From Bacteroidales bacterium (lineage in GTDB: Bacteria > Bacteroidota > Bacteroidia > Bacteroidales > TTA-H9): 64,000 nucleotides of DNA. Below the pieces are notes generated by a model. That model had not been told where the DNA came from and did no database searches. It saw only the letters and a list, made by a program, of their open reading frames with translations. Location: contig JAUSOY010000083.1 in NCBI GenBank assembly GCA_030656615.1, forward strand, positions 58,966 to 122,965, given 5' to 3'. Positions 35,831 through 45,909 of the stretch are shown in pieces. Position numbers and translations under genes: made by a program. Within the stretch, counting starts at the first letter, position 1. Each line of letters begins with the position of its first letter.

Positions 35831-37414
35831 TTAATCGACATTGTCATGTAAGTACGAATTTCCCTTGATTTCAGAAGCATCATTATCAGCAGACAAAGCA
35901 TATTTTGCTACATTCGACTTTGAAGAATCCGGTGTTTCTGCCAGTTGAACACTGCGTCGTATGTATGCAGGCTGTGCTTCCATGTCGTTAAGCCCGGAGG
36001 GTGTTTTCCAGTTATGGCTCATTTCTCTGAGTTTGCGTATGCGATCATTTGCGCGCCGATCCATTGTTTCTTCCGTATATTCCTCGCTGGGATAACTGGG
36101 CCGAGGTCTTATTTCAGGCCGGTTATCGGAAAGTGTGGCATTACTAACCTGCGGTTGTCTTGAAATCAGTGTTGGGCCGCTTAGATTTTCAGGAACCTCA
36201 TTTTTAACGGAAGGCGTAGAAGACTCACGTAAATGGATTTCGTTGGTATTAACGGCAGATAATGAATCAGATGTATTTGAGCTGGTAGCAACTTCTTTTT
36301 GAACTAGTTTCATTGGAACTTCTTCCAACGATTGTGTAGGTGCAGGATTAATGCTTATTTGCGGCTTTAATTCGCTAATAACAGACTCTGCCACTTCATG
36401 AAGGTTGATTTTGTTTTTAAAAGGAATGTTGGTGATGTTTTGTTGAAACTGATTAGTTTCAAATCCGGTAGCAATAAGGGTGATGCAAATATCATCGCCA
36501 AGGCGTTCATCAATTCCTGTTCCCCAAATAATATCTGCTTCCAGACCGGCAGATTCCTGAATAAAGTCTGTAATTTCAGTAACTTCATCCATAGTGATTT
36601 CATCATGACCACTGGCAATATATAACAACATGTTTTTCGCCCCGTTAATGTCGTTATCATTGAGCAATGGTGAAGAGAGTGCAATCTCTGCTGCTTTAAT
36701 GGCTCTGTTCTCGCCAGTGGCTCTTCCTGAACCCATAATGGCTTTTCCACTGTTGCGCATGACCGTTTTCACATCTTCAAAGTCGACATTTATGTAGCCT
36801 TTAACAGTTATAATTTCAGCAATTCCTTTAGCGGCGTTTGCAAGTACATCATCCGCATGATGGAAAGCATCGGTGAGTTTTAGATCGCCATATAATTCTC
36901 TAAGTTTATCATTGTTGATAATCAAAAGGGTGTCGACATATTTTTTAAGTTCTTCAATGCCCTGTTCGGCTTGCAAGCGGCGTTTACGACCTTCAAAGGA
37001 GAAAGGCAGTGTAACGATACCTACGGTCAGTATGTCGAGTTCTCTTGCTATAGAAGCTATTACAGGAGTAGCACCTGTACCGGTTCCACCGCCCATACCC
37101 GCTGTTATAAATAGCATCTGAGTATTTTTATCAAGTAGAGCCCTGATTTCTTCGATGGATTCTTCAGCAGCTTTGCGACCAACTTCAGGTTTTGCACCAG
37201 CCCCCAGACCGGTAATGCCTAATTGAATGCAGGTAGGCACAGGACTTACCTCCAAAACTTGAGCGTCAGTATTACACTGAATGAAATCAACATCCTTGAT
37301 TCCTTGCTTAAACATGTGGTTGACGGCATTATTCCCCCCCCCTCCAACTCCCACTACTTTTATAATTGAGGATTGTCCTTTGGGTATATCGAATTTAAGC
37401 ATGTTTATCATCAT
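35831..37414 (-). CDS. ftsZ: cell division protein FtsZ
   Basis: The IKVVGVGGGGNNAV and GGGTGTGA tubulin signatures, a long disordered linker, the C-terminal peptide QPAYIRRSV and the Bacteroidota-type end NSYLHDNVD. Confidence 0.97.
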   Translation of the reverse strand: MMINMLKFDIPKGQSSIIKVVGVGGGGNNAVNHMFKQGIKDVDFIQCNTDAQVLEVSPVPTCIQLGITGLGAGAKPEVGRKAAEESIEEIRALLDKNTQMLFITAGMGGGTGTGATPVIASIARELDILTVGIVTLPFSFEGRKRRLQAEQGIEELKKYVDTLLIINNDKLRELYGDLKLTDAFHHADDVLANAAKGIAEIITVKGYINVDFEDVKTVMRNSGKAIMGSGRATGENRAIKAAEIALSSPLLNDNDINGAKNMLLYIASGHDEITMDEVTEITDFIQESAGLEADIIWGTGIDERLGDDICITLIATGFETNQFQQNITNIPFKNKINLHEVAESVISELKPQISINPAPTQSLEEVPMKLVQKEVATSSNTSDSLSAVNTNEIHLRESSTPSVKNEVPENLSGPTLISRQPQVSNATLSDNRPEIRPRPSYPSEEYTEETMDRRANDRIRKLREMSHNWKTPSGLNDMEAQPAYIRRSVQLAETPDSSKSNVAKYALSADNDASEIKGNSYLHDNVD

Positions 37415-37419
37415 TATAT

Positions 37420-37425
37420 CTCCTT
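37420..37425 (-). promoter_or_regulatory. Shine-Dalgarno-like AAGGAG 5 nt upstream of the ftsZ ATG
   Basis: The minus strand reads TTTTAAAGGAGATATA-ATG. Confidence 0.5.
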
Positions 37426-37529
37426 TAAAATTATATTTTTGAAGCCTTCCTTTTGCGTCGCTCTTCCTTTTTTTATCAACAATGGAATGTTAATATGATT
37501 TTTCTGAATAATCATAAAAATTTTGGTCA

Positions 37530-38840
37530 TCATTCATTTCCTTCTTCAAACCATCGTTGAATGTTTTTTAGAAATCCGTCGCGGCGGCTTGCTTTTTCTT
37601 CTTGTTTGGGTTTTGTTTTTTCAGTTGCAGCTTCGGGCAGCGTGGTGTCTCCTGAAAGAAGTTTTCTTTTCTTTTCTTCTTTTTCGAAACGTTGTATACC
37701 AAGTAGTACCAATCCAATACCAGTTGCGTACATTGGGCTGGCCATTTCTTCTGTACCGCCAGGTGCCAGATGTTCGTTGGGATAACCAATCCGGGTGTCC
37801 ATACCGGTCATAAATTCCGTTAACTGTTTGATGTGTTTTAGCTGTGCGCCACCTCCGGTAAGTACGATACCGGCAATGAGTTTTTTCTCGTAACCCGAAT
37901 TTCGTATTTCGAAATAAATCTGTTCGATAATTTCTTCCATACGGGCCTGAATAATATGGGCTAAATTTTTCAAGGTGATTTCCTTTGGTGGCCGACCTCG
38001 TAATCCAGGAATGACAACAACATCTTCGTCACGGTTTTCAGATGCCAGAGCCGAACCAAATTTGACCTTTAGTTCTTCAGCATGTTTTTTAATAATGGAG
38101 CAGCCTTCTTTTACATCCTCCGTTACAATATCCCCTCCAAATGGAATCACAGCTGTGTGACGGATGATACTGTCCTGAAAAATGGCAATATCAGTAGTTC
38201 CTCCACCGATATCAACCAGAACAACTCCGGCTTCTTTTTCCTCATCAGATAATACAGCCTCAGAAGATGCCAGCGGTTCAAGAATAAGATCCACCACTTC
38301 CAGACCAGCTTTTCGTACACATTTGTAAATATTTTTGGCTGCTGTGGTTTGTCCGACGATAATATGAAAATTTGCTTCGAGAGAATTACCTAGCATTCCA
38401 ACAGGTTTTTTAATTCCTTCCTCGCCATCCACCGTATATTCTTGTGGAATAACCTCAATAACTTCTTCCCCTGGATTCATGTTCAGATTGAACATATTGT
38501 TGATTAGGGTTTCAATATCGGCTTGATTGATTTCTTCATCTCCGTTTTTGCGGATATGAGTTCCCCTATGCTGCAGGCTTTTAATGTGTTGCCCCGCAAT
38601 ACCAACATTTACATACCGTATTTCTACCCCCGATCGGTTCTTGGCTTCTTCCACCGCGATTTTAATCGATTGTACCGTGTTTTCAATGTTGGCTACAACA
38701 CCCCGTTTAACGCCCAGCGATTCTGTTTTGCCATAACCGTGAATTTCCAGTTTGCCGTGCTCATTGCGTTTGCCTACCAGAGCGGCAATCTTGGTTGTTC
38801 CGATATCGAGGCCTACAATGTATACATCCGATGTTTCCAT
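37530..38840 (-). CDS. ftsA: cell division protein FtsA
   Basis: Actin-fold motifs (VGLDIGTTK, VDIGGGTTD, LTGGGA) and a C-terminal amphipathic helix GFLKNIQRWF. Confidence 0.95.
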   Translation of the reverse strand: METSDVYIVGLDIGTTKIAALVGKRNEHGKLEIHGYGKTESLGVKRGVVANIENTVQSIKIAVEEAKNRSGVEIRYVNVGIAGQHIKSLQHRGTHIRKNGDEEINQADIETLINNMFNLNMNPGEEVIEVIPQEYTVDGEEGIKKPVGMLGNSLEANFHIIVGQTTAAKNIYKCVRKAGLEVVDLILEPLASSEAVLSDEEKEAGVVLVDIGGGTTDIAIFQDSIIRHTAVIPFGGDIVTEDVKEGCSIIKKHAEELKVKFGSALASENRDEDVVVIPGLRGRPPKEITLKNLAHIIQARMEEIIEQIYFEIRNSGYEKKLIAGIVLTGGGAQLKHIKQLTEFMTGMDTRIGYPNEHLAPGGTEEMASPMYATGIGLVLLGIQRFEKEEKKRKLLSGDTTLPEAATEKTKPKQEEKASRRDGFLKNIQRWFEEGNE

Positions 38841-38846
38841 AGCTGA

Positions 38847-39626
38847 TTATTTAGTACAAACCACTTGATTTTCAAATTTTAGATTGATAATACGATAGGT
38901 ATTCCAGCCATTGGCTGGTAATGCCCTTTTATAGAAGAGCCATAATCTGGCGAATTTGTCGGAAGCATTGCTTTCATCACCGAAAACAATGGTATGATTT
39001 GTTGTTATTGTGAATAGTTCAGCATCTCCTTTTTCATCCATATAAATCTGACCGATCATGGCACTTAGGCCCGGGTGATGATAAATTTCAAGAGCTATCA
39101 GGCAGGCCGTGTGCAGTGAGTTATAGGAGCGCAGACTGTCAGAGGCGTTAAATACGTTGTAGCCAGTTTGTAATGGGATATCAATATGTCCACTGATAAC
39201 CAACACCCGGGCTGAATGTCCTTGACTCAAAGGGAAAATATTTCCATTAAGATCAACGAATGCTTGATTTCCGGTTTTATTCTGTAGTCGGGCAAGTGGA
39301 ATTCTCTGCATGACATCTACCGACATAATACCATCTAGATTTACAAAAACATTGGCATCGGCAATAAATGGATTTCTACCGAGGGCAGATTCGATTTCCT
39401 TAACGTTAACCTTGCCGGCCTTCATTCCTATTGGTTTTTTATGAACTTTTTTGATAACCGATTCCACTTCCTTTTCAGAGATGAGCGCTTCTGATCCTTC
39501 GTGATTAATACGGATACGCATTTCATTCACTTGAATTTTTTCCTGTTCTTTCCATGCATAGCCAAGCCCTGCTACCAGCATGGCAGCCAGAAGAACCCAA
39601 ATGAATATATTCAGCGCTTTTTTCAT
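38847..39626 (-). CDS. ftsQ: cell division protein FtsQ
   Basis: Single N-terminal TM plus POTRA-like and FtsQ-type domains. Position between murC and ftsA. Confidence 0.8.
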   Translation of the reverse strand: MKKALNIFIWVLLAAMLVAGLGYAWKEQEKIQVNEMRIRINHEGSEALISEKEVESVIKKVHKKPIGMKAGKVNVKEIESALGRNPFIADANVFVNLDGIMSVDVMQRIPLARLQNKTGNQAFVDLNGNIFPLSQGHSARVLVISGHIDIPLQTGYNVFNASDSLRSYNSLHTACLIALEIYHHPGLSAMIGQIYMDEKGDAELFTITTNHTIVFGDESNASDKFARLWLFYKRALPANGWNTYRIINLKFENQVVCTK

Positions 39627-41014
39627 TTTTTTTCTGAAGGGTTTTTACTAAGAATTTCAGTGATTTTATGCGTTAATTTATCAATGTCTCCAGCTCCAAT
39701 GCTTAAAAAAACACCGGAAAAATCAGTCGTTAAAAAATTCTCTAATTCGTTAATTTTTATGATACGTGCGGGTTTATTTATAATTCGTTCAAGGATAATT
39801 TCTGAACTAACACCTTTTATGGGTAGCTCGCGTGCAGCGTAAATGGGCATGAGCAGAACCTCGTCAAGCATTGACAAGCTCATGGCAAATTCATCCACCA
39901 GATCACGGGTACGGGTAAATAAATGAGGTTGGAATAATCCGGTGATTTTTTTGTGAGGATATATTTCTCGAACCGACTCGACCAAGGCCTTAATCTCTTC
40001 CGGATGATGTGCATAATCGTCGATGTAAACGACATCTTCAGATTCGTATTGAAGGTCGAAACGTCGACGTATACCTTTAAAACTTTCTATTCCGGTCTTA
40101 ATTTCCTGTTCGCTAAATCCGGCAATGAGAGCTCCTGCTGCGGCAGCCACCGCATTTTCGATGTTGACCTTTCCTGGTATTCCCGGATGAATATCAGAAA
40201 TAATTCCGCCCGGATATTCCAAATCAAAGCATGCATTGGCATTTTGATATCGGATGTTTATCGCTCTGAAATCTAGTGATTCATCTCGAATACCATATGT
40301 AAAAATTTGATAATGATCTTGCTTTTTAATTTTTCTCAGTACGGGTTTTTTTACAATAAGAGTTCCGCGTTCTTTGATTTTCGATGCGAACTGTGTAAAT
40401 GCAAGACATAACGAATGATAATCCCCATAAATATCAAGATGGTCGGCATCGATGGATGTAATTATCGCAATCTCAGGACTTAATTGCAGGAATGAACGGT
40501 CGTATTCATCGGCTTCTGTCACCAGCCATTTACTTGTGGGATGAATTAATAGATTGGATTGATAATTTTTTGAAATTCCACCTAAAAATGCTGAACAACC
40601 CATTTTCCCATGATGCATAATATGCGCTGCCATGGTTGAAGTGGTTGTTTTTCCATGGGTTCCGGCAAATGCCAGTGTGCGATAGTTTTCACTAAGAATG
40701 CCAAGTATTTCGGCTCGTTTTAATAGGGGCAAATTTTGACGTTCTGCAGCAGCATAGGCCGGGTGCGACATGGGGACCGCTGGTGTATAAATAACTAAAT
40801 CGGTCGCTTTCGAGATATACGTACCAATTTCATCAAAATGAACCAATATACCTTCCGCCTCCAATTCGAATGTAAGAAGGGTAGGGGTACGGTCATATCC
40901 GGATACCACGCATCCGATGCTATGAAAATAGCGTGCGAGAGCACTCATTCCAATGCCGCCAATCCCGATGAAGTAAACGGTTTTAATCGTTGATATGTCT
41001 ATGCTTTTATTCAT
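39623..41014 (-). CDS. murC: UDP-N-acetylmuramate--L-alanine ligase
   Basis: FIGIGGIGMSALA and GTHGKTTT Mur-ligase motifs, in dcw context. Confidence 0.95.
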   Translation of the reverse strand: MNKSIDISTIKTVYFIGIGGIGMSALARYFHSIGCVVSGYDRTPTLLTFELEAEGILVHFDEIGTYISKATDLVIYTPAVPMSHPAYAAAERQNLPLLKRAEILGILSENYRTLAFAGTHGKTTTSTMAAHIMHHGKMGCSAFLGGISKNYQSNLLIHPTSKWLVTEADEYDRSFLQLSPEIAIITSIDADHLDIYGDYHSLCLAFTQFASKIKERGTLIVKKPVLRKIKKQDHYQIFTYGIRDESLDFRAINIRYQNANACFDLEYPGGIISDIHPGIPGKVNIENAVAAAAGALIAGFSEQEIKTGIESFKGIRRRFDLQYESEDVVYIDDYAHHPEEIKALVESVREIYPHKKITGLFQPHLFTRTRDLVDEFAMSLSMLDEVLLMPIYAARELPIKGVSSEIILERIINKPARIIKINELENFLTTDFSGVFLSIGAGDIDKLTHKITEILSKNPSEKK

Positions 41015-42120
41015 CAGGCTTTGTCATTTTTTACAATCTGCAGAATATTGTGTGCTATGCACATATCCGCATCATTAATTGCCATAGCTTTAATTGCTTT
41101 TGACAGAGAAGTCGCTTTTTCGGAATTGTGGAGGATGGTCTCAACGGCAGACATTAAATCTTTAACATTTTTATCTGCAATCACTACGGCTGCATTTCGT
41201 GTTTCAAGTGCCTTAGCATTTGCGGTTTGATGATCGCCGGCAGCTGCAGGAAATGGTACAAAAATCACTGGTTTGCCCGCAAGACAAAGTTCAGCTATTG
41301 CCAGGGCTCCTGCCCGTGAAATAACCAAATCAGCCGCCGCATAAGCCATATTCATATTTTTAATGAAGTCTCTTACCCTCACTTGTTCATATTGTATTTC
41401 CTGAACTTCAAATAATGCCTTGGAATAGAATGTTTTTCCGGTTTGCCAGATGAGTTGAACCTTTTCGTTTTTTAATTGGGGTAGCATTTCTACCAATGCT
41501 TCATTGATACTTTTTGCCCCCTGACTACCACCCACTACCAAAATCACTGGCAAGTCATTCTGCAGATCAAAAAACATTCTGGCTTCTTCTTTTGTGACTT
41601 TGGATCTCGATATTTCGGAGCGGACAGGATTTCCACAAAGTTTGATTTTATCGGCAGGAAAAAACTTTTCCATGCCTTCATAAGCAGTATAAATTTCTGT
41701 AGCCTTGTTGGCCAATATTCGGTTGGTAATCCCCGGAAATGAGTTTTGTTCCTGAATAACTACAGGAACCCGAGCTTGTATAGCTGCCTTTAATGCAGGA
41801 CCACTGGCATAACCACCCGTTCCAATAACGATTTGAGGTTTGAATTGTCGAATAATCTGCCTAGCTTTAATCATACTGACCAAAAGTTTAAGAGGAAACC
41901 AGATATTGGCAAGAATCTGGCGGCGTTGCCAACCACTAATCCAAAGACCTTTGATGGGATAACCAGCATCCGGAACCTTCTTCGTTTCCATTTTCCCTTT
42001 GGCTCCAATAAACAGGATTTCAGAATCGGGATGCAATTTGCGTAATGCATTAGCAATTGCAATCGCCGGAAAAATATGACCTCCGGTTCCTCCTCCGCTT
42101 ATGATGATTTTTATCTTCAT
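41014..42120 (-). CDS. murG: undecaprenyldiphospho-muramoylpentapeptide beta-N-acetylglucosaminyltransferase
   Basis: SGGGTGGHIFPAIA N-terminus and the GT28 C-terminal domain. Its stop shares 1 nt with the murC start. Confidence 0.95.
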   Translation of the reverse strand: MKIKIIISGGGTGGHIFPAIAIANALRKLHPDSEILFIGAKGKMETKKVPDAGYPIKGLWISGWQRRQILANIWFPLKLLVSMIKARQIIRQFKPQIVIGTGGYASGPALKAAIQARVPVVIQEQNSFPGITNRILANKATEIYTAYEGMEKFFPADKIKLCGNPVRSEISRSKVTKEEARMFFDLQNDLPVILVVGGSQGAKSINEALVEMLPQLKNEKVQLIWQTGKTFYSKALFEVQEIQYEQVRVRDFIKNMNMAYAAADLVISRAGALAIAELCLAGKPVIFVPFPAAAGDHQTANAKALETRNAAVVIADKNVKDLMSAVETILHNSEKATSLSKAIKAMAINDADMCIAHNILQIVKNDKA

Positions 42121-43310
42121 GCTTCCTGAGTTTGCTCTTCGTTGATAACTTCGGTAGCGGTTCCTTCTACTACTTGATTATAGGATTCTTCTGTTTCTGT
42201 ATTTCTGCTGATACTTAAAAGCATTCCCACACTGATGGAGGTAAACCAAACGGAAGTACCTCCCATAGAAACCATAGGCAGGGTTTGACCAGTAACCGGT
42301 CCGAGCCCTACAGCCACAGCCATATTTAGCATCGCTTGAAAAACAAGGCCGAAAGTTATTCCTGTTGCCAGATAAACTCCGAAAGGGTGGTCGGCCTGAA
42401 GAGCGATACGAATGCCTCTGAATAACAGAGTCATGTAAAGCAGAATTAAGAAAGCTCCTCCTAAAAGACCATATTCTTCAATGATAATGGCGAATATAAA
42501 ATCGGAATATGCCGAGGGCAGAAAATTCCGCTGCGTACTTTTCCCAGGTAATTTTCCAAAGAATCCCCCAGTGGCTATTGCTATTTTTGATTGTTCAGCC
42601 TGATAGTCGTTTTCTTTATCATTATCGGAGAAATTTTCGATGCGGCTTACCCAGGTTGCCGCACGGGGAATAAGATTAGGAGCATGTTTACCAATAAGCA
42701 GTAGCAGTAAAATCATGATTATACCAAGCACAGCTAAGCCACCAAGAAATTTCAACGGGACTCGCCCCACAAACATCATTACAAAACAGACCATAAAAAT
42801 GAGAATGGCCGTTGAAAAGTTGGCCGGGACGATAAGCATACATACCAAACCGACCGGAATTAACAGGACAAGAAAGCCTTTCCTGAAGTCGTTTAATAGC
42901 GCTCGCTTCGTATAAAGCAAGCGGGCCATAAACGCAAAAAGTATCAACTTGGCCAGGTCGGAACTCTGAAAAGTAAGATTTATCCAGGGAATTAAAACCC
43001 AACGCTTTGCCTCATTCACTGACGAACCGCTGAGAAGTGTAAAAGCCAGAAGCGGGACTGCAATATACATTCCCAATAGAGAGGCTTTTGAAAAATATCT
43101 GTAAGGTATTTTATGAGTCAGGTACATTAACCCAAGACCCAGAATCAGAATCATTCCATGTTTTATCAGATAAAATTCGGTGTTACCTCCTTTTGATCCA
43201 AAAGCAAGAGAACTTGAGGCACTATAAACTGCCAGCAAACTGAAAACAGAGAGTAGTATTACTATACCCCAAATGACCCTGTCACCCCGTATTTTTCTGA
43301 TGTCTTCCAA
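42117..43310 (-). CDS. ftsW: SEDS-family peptidoglycan glycosyltransferase FtsW
   Basis: Polytopic FtsW/RodA/SpoVE pattern (SEFAK-like SDLAKL, ...TGQTLP..S.GGTS), in dcw context. Confidence 0.92.
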   Translation of the reverse strand: MEDIRKIRGDRVIWGIVILLSVFSLLAVYSASSSLAFGSKGGNTEFYLIKHGMILILGLGLMYLTHKIPYRYFSKASLLGMYIAVPLLAFTLLSGSSVNEAKRWVLIPWINLTFQSSDLAKLILFAFMARLLYTKRALLNDFRKGFLVLLIPVGLVCMLIVPANFSTAILIFMVCFVMMFVGRVPLKFLGGLAVLGIIMILLLLLIGKHAPNLIPRAATWVSRIENFSDNDKENDYQAEQSKIAIATGGFFGKLPGKSTQRNFLPSAYSDFIFAIIIEEYGLLGGAFLILLYMTLLFRGIRIALQADHPFGVYLATGITFGLVFQAMLNMAVAVGLGPVTGQTLPMVSMGGTSVWFTSISVGMLLSISRNTETEESYNQVVEGTATEVINEEQTQEA

Positions 43311-43311
43311 T

Positions 43312-44649
43312 TTATAAACGTTTTACAGCGTGTTTAAATTTGTCACCCCTTTCTTCGTAATTCGCAAAAAGATCGAAACTGGCACAAGCAGGCGATAATA
43401 AGACAACATCACCCTTTTCCCCTAATCGATAAGCCAGGGCTACCGCTTCTTCAGCCGAAGTGGTTTCATATATTGTGTCTACCGAATCGGCAAAAGTTGA
43501 GCGCAGCTTCGAATTATCTACTCCCAGGCAAATCATGGCTTTTACTTTCAATTTTACTAATTCCAGTAATGGCGCATAATCATTTTCTTTATCCTTGCCA
43601 CCAGCTATCCAAATAATAGTTTTCGTCATGCTTTCCAGTGCGAACCAAGTACTATTAACGTTGGTGGCTTTCGAGTCATTGATGAATTCGATTCCATGAA
43701 CATTGGCAACGTATTCCAGACGGTGTTCAACATTCTGAAAATCTGATAAACTTTCCTTTATTTTAGGTTTTCTAACTTCCAGAATTCGGCTGGCTATGCC
43801 GGCTGCCATGGAATTGCATTGGTTATGCCTTCCCTGTAATGCTAAGTTTTCTAGTGTCATATTAAAAGGATCGTTATTGGTGTGAATGATGAGTTTTCCA
43901 TCTTGTATAAATGCGCCGTTCCCTTCCAGTTTTTTGTAGGTACTGAAAGGAAAGCAGGCGGGTAATTTTTTTTGTTTTCCAAGGAGTTCGAGTGTTTTTG
44001 GGTCGTCGGCATTATATATAAAAGCATCGCCTTCACTCATATTTCGTAGTAGTCTGAATTTTGATTCAGCGTATTCGTCAAAATTTTTGTAGCGGTCGAG
44101 ATGATCCGGTGTGATATTGGTTAAAATGGCAATGTTTGCCCTGAAACTGTACAGACGGTCGAGTTGAAAGCTGCTTATTTCCAGTACCCAGAAATCGTGA
44201 TCATTCCCGGCGAGTTGCATAGCAAAGCTTTTACCAACGTTGCCACCCAATCCCGCATCCAATCCCGCATTTTTCAGAATATGATGGGTTAATAGGCTGG
44301 TCGTGGTTTTTCCGTTGGTGCCCGAAATACCTATCAACTTCGCTTTTGTGTATCGGCTGGCAAATTCGAGTTCGTCTATCACTGGAATCCTTGCCTTTTC
44401 TGCTTCCTGTACAATGAGCGTTTTGTCCGAAATTCCAGGACTTTTAATTATTTCGTCTGCGGATAATATTGTTGAAACCTTATGCCCGCCTTCTTCGTAA
44501 GCTATACCATATTTTTTAAGGATATCCCTGTAACGGGGCTTAATGTCCGAGGCATCTGATACGAACACGTCAAAGCCTTTGGACGCAGCAAGTATTGCCG
44601 CTCCCGTTCCGCTTTCGCCCGCACCCAGTATGGCCATCCTTTTAAGCAT
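43312..44649 (-). CDS. murD: UDP-N-acetylmuramoylalanine--D-glutamate ligase
   Basis: ILGAGESG Rossmann N-terminus and the GTNGKTTT motif, in dcw context. Confidence 0.95.
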   Translation of the reverse strand: MLKRMAILGAGESGTGAAILAASKGFDVFVSDASDIKPRYRDILKKYGIAYEEGGHKVSTILSADEIIKSPGISDKTLIVQEAEKARIPVIDELEFASRYTKAKLIGISGTNGKTTTSLLTHHILKNAGLDAGLGGNVGKSFAMQLAGNDHDFWVLEISSFQLDRLYSFRANIAILTNITPDHLDRYKNFDEYAESKFRLLRNMSEGDAFIYNADDPKTLELLGKQKKLPACFPFSTYKKLEGNGAFIQDGKLIIHTNNDPFNMTLENLALQGRHNQCNSMAAGIASRILEVRKPKIKESLSDFQNVEHRLEYVANVHGIEFINDSKATNVNSTWFALESMTKTIIWIAGGKDKENDYAPLLELVKLKVKAMICLGVDNSKLRSTFADSVDTIYETTSAEEAVALAYRLGEKGDVVLLSPACASFDLFANYEERGDKFKHAVKRL

Positions 44650-44652
44650 AAT

Positions 44653-45906
44653 CTACCTTAGTTTTAAGGTTACCATGGTTATGACTGCCAGAAAAATTCC
44701 AATAATGAAAAAGCGCTGAACTATTTTTGGTTCTGCATAGCCTTTCAATTGAAAATGATGATGTAAGGGAGCCATGAGAAAGATCCTCCGCCCCACGCCA
44801 AAACGTTTCCGTGTATATTTAAACCAACTTACCTGGATCATTACCGAAAGATTTTCAGCCAGAAATATTCCACACAGGATTGGAATCAGGAGTTCTTTCC
44901 TGAGAATAATCGCCAATACAGCCAGTATTCCACCCAATGACAAACTACCCGTATCTCCCATGAAAACCTGTGCCGGATAGGTGTTATACCATAAAAATCC
45001 AATGGCAGCACCTATCAGCGCTGATATAAAAATGGTTAGTTCACCCGTGTTGGGTATGTACATAATGTTTAGGTAATCAGCAAAAATGATATTACCCGAT
45101 ACCCAGGCTAATAATCCAAGAGTGGTTGCTGCAATTGCGGAGGTCCCGGTGGCTAGTCCGTCAATCCCATCGGTGATATTTACCCCGTTCGATACGGCTG
45201 TAATGATTAGGATGACAAAGGGAATATATATTATCCATGCATATTTTGATGCGTTTTTACCTGCCCAGCCTATTAAAACGGCATAGTCAAATTCATTGTC
45301 CTTAAAAAATGGAATGGTTGTTTTAGTTGACTTCGTTGATTCGGTCGAGAATTTAACTTTAGCCCGTTCGTATGCCCTTTCACTTAAGATGTTTGTTTGT
45401 TCGATGTATGTTTTGGAGTCCGATTTTTCCTTAACTACTACATCAGGACTAAAAAAGAGTATACTTCCCACAATAAGTCCAAGGCTGACCTGACCTGTTA
45501 TTTTTGTGCGACCGCGCAGCCCTTTTTTGTCGTTTTTAAAAACTTTAATATAGTCATCCAGAAATCCGATGAATCCCAACCAAAGGGTTGTAAAAATCAT
45601 CAGTAAAACATAAATATTATTGAGTTGGGCAAATAAAATTGTTGGAATAAGTATACCAGCCAGAATAATAAGTCCACCCATGGTTGGCGTACCACGTTTT
45701 ACCTGCTCACCGGGGAGGCCCAGATCTCGAATATTTTCTCCAATCTGTTTTTTATGGAGATACATTATAATGCGTTTTCCAAAAACCAGTGTTATTAGTA
45801 AAGAAACAAGTACAGCTGCTGACGCCCTGAATGAAATGTATTGGAATACACCCGCTCCGGGGAAGTCAAAAGTTTTGTCGAGATATCCAAATAAGTAATA
45901 TAACAT
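44653..45906 (-). CDS. mraY: phospho-N-acetylmuramoyl-pentapeptide transferase
   Basis: [20 protein letters not shown] and the APLHHHF motif. Confidence 0.96.
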   Translation of the reverse strand: MLYYLFGYLDKTFDFPGAGVFQYISFRASAAVLVSLLITLVFGKRIIMYLHKKQIGENIRDLGLPGEQVKRGTPTMGGLIILAGILIPTILFAQLNNIYVLLMIFTTLWLGFIGFLDDYIKVFKNDKKGLRGRTKITGQVSLGLIVGSILFFSPDVVVKEKSDSKTYIEQTNILSERAYERAKVKFSTESTKSTKTTIPFFKDNEFDYAVLIGWAGKNASKYAWIIYIPFVILIITAVSNGVNITDGIDGLATGTSAIAATTLGLLAWVSGNIIFADYLNIMYIPNTGELTIFISALIGAAIGFLWYNTYPAQVFMGDTGSLSLGGILAVLAIILRKELLIPILCGIFLAENLSVMIQVSWFKYTRKRFGVGRRIFLMAPLHHHFQLKGYAEPKIVQRFFIIGIFLAVITMVTLKLR

Positions 45907-45909
45907 GGC

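Noticed and set aside
37334-37342. C9 homopolymer (G9 on the coding strand), a possible slipped-strand phase-variation tract.
   Set aside because: It encodes the invariant GGGG of the FtsZ tubulin signature (VGVGGGGNNA) in an essential gene. The run is explained by codon choice, not by a contingency locus.
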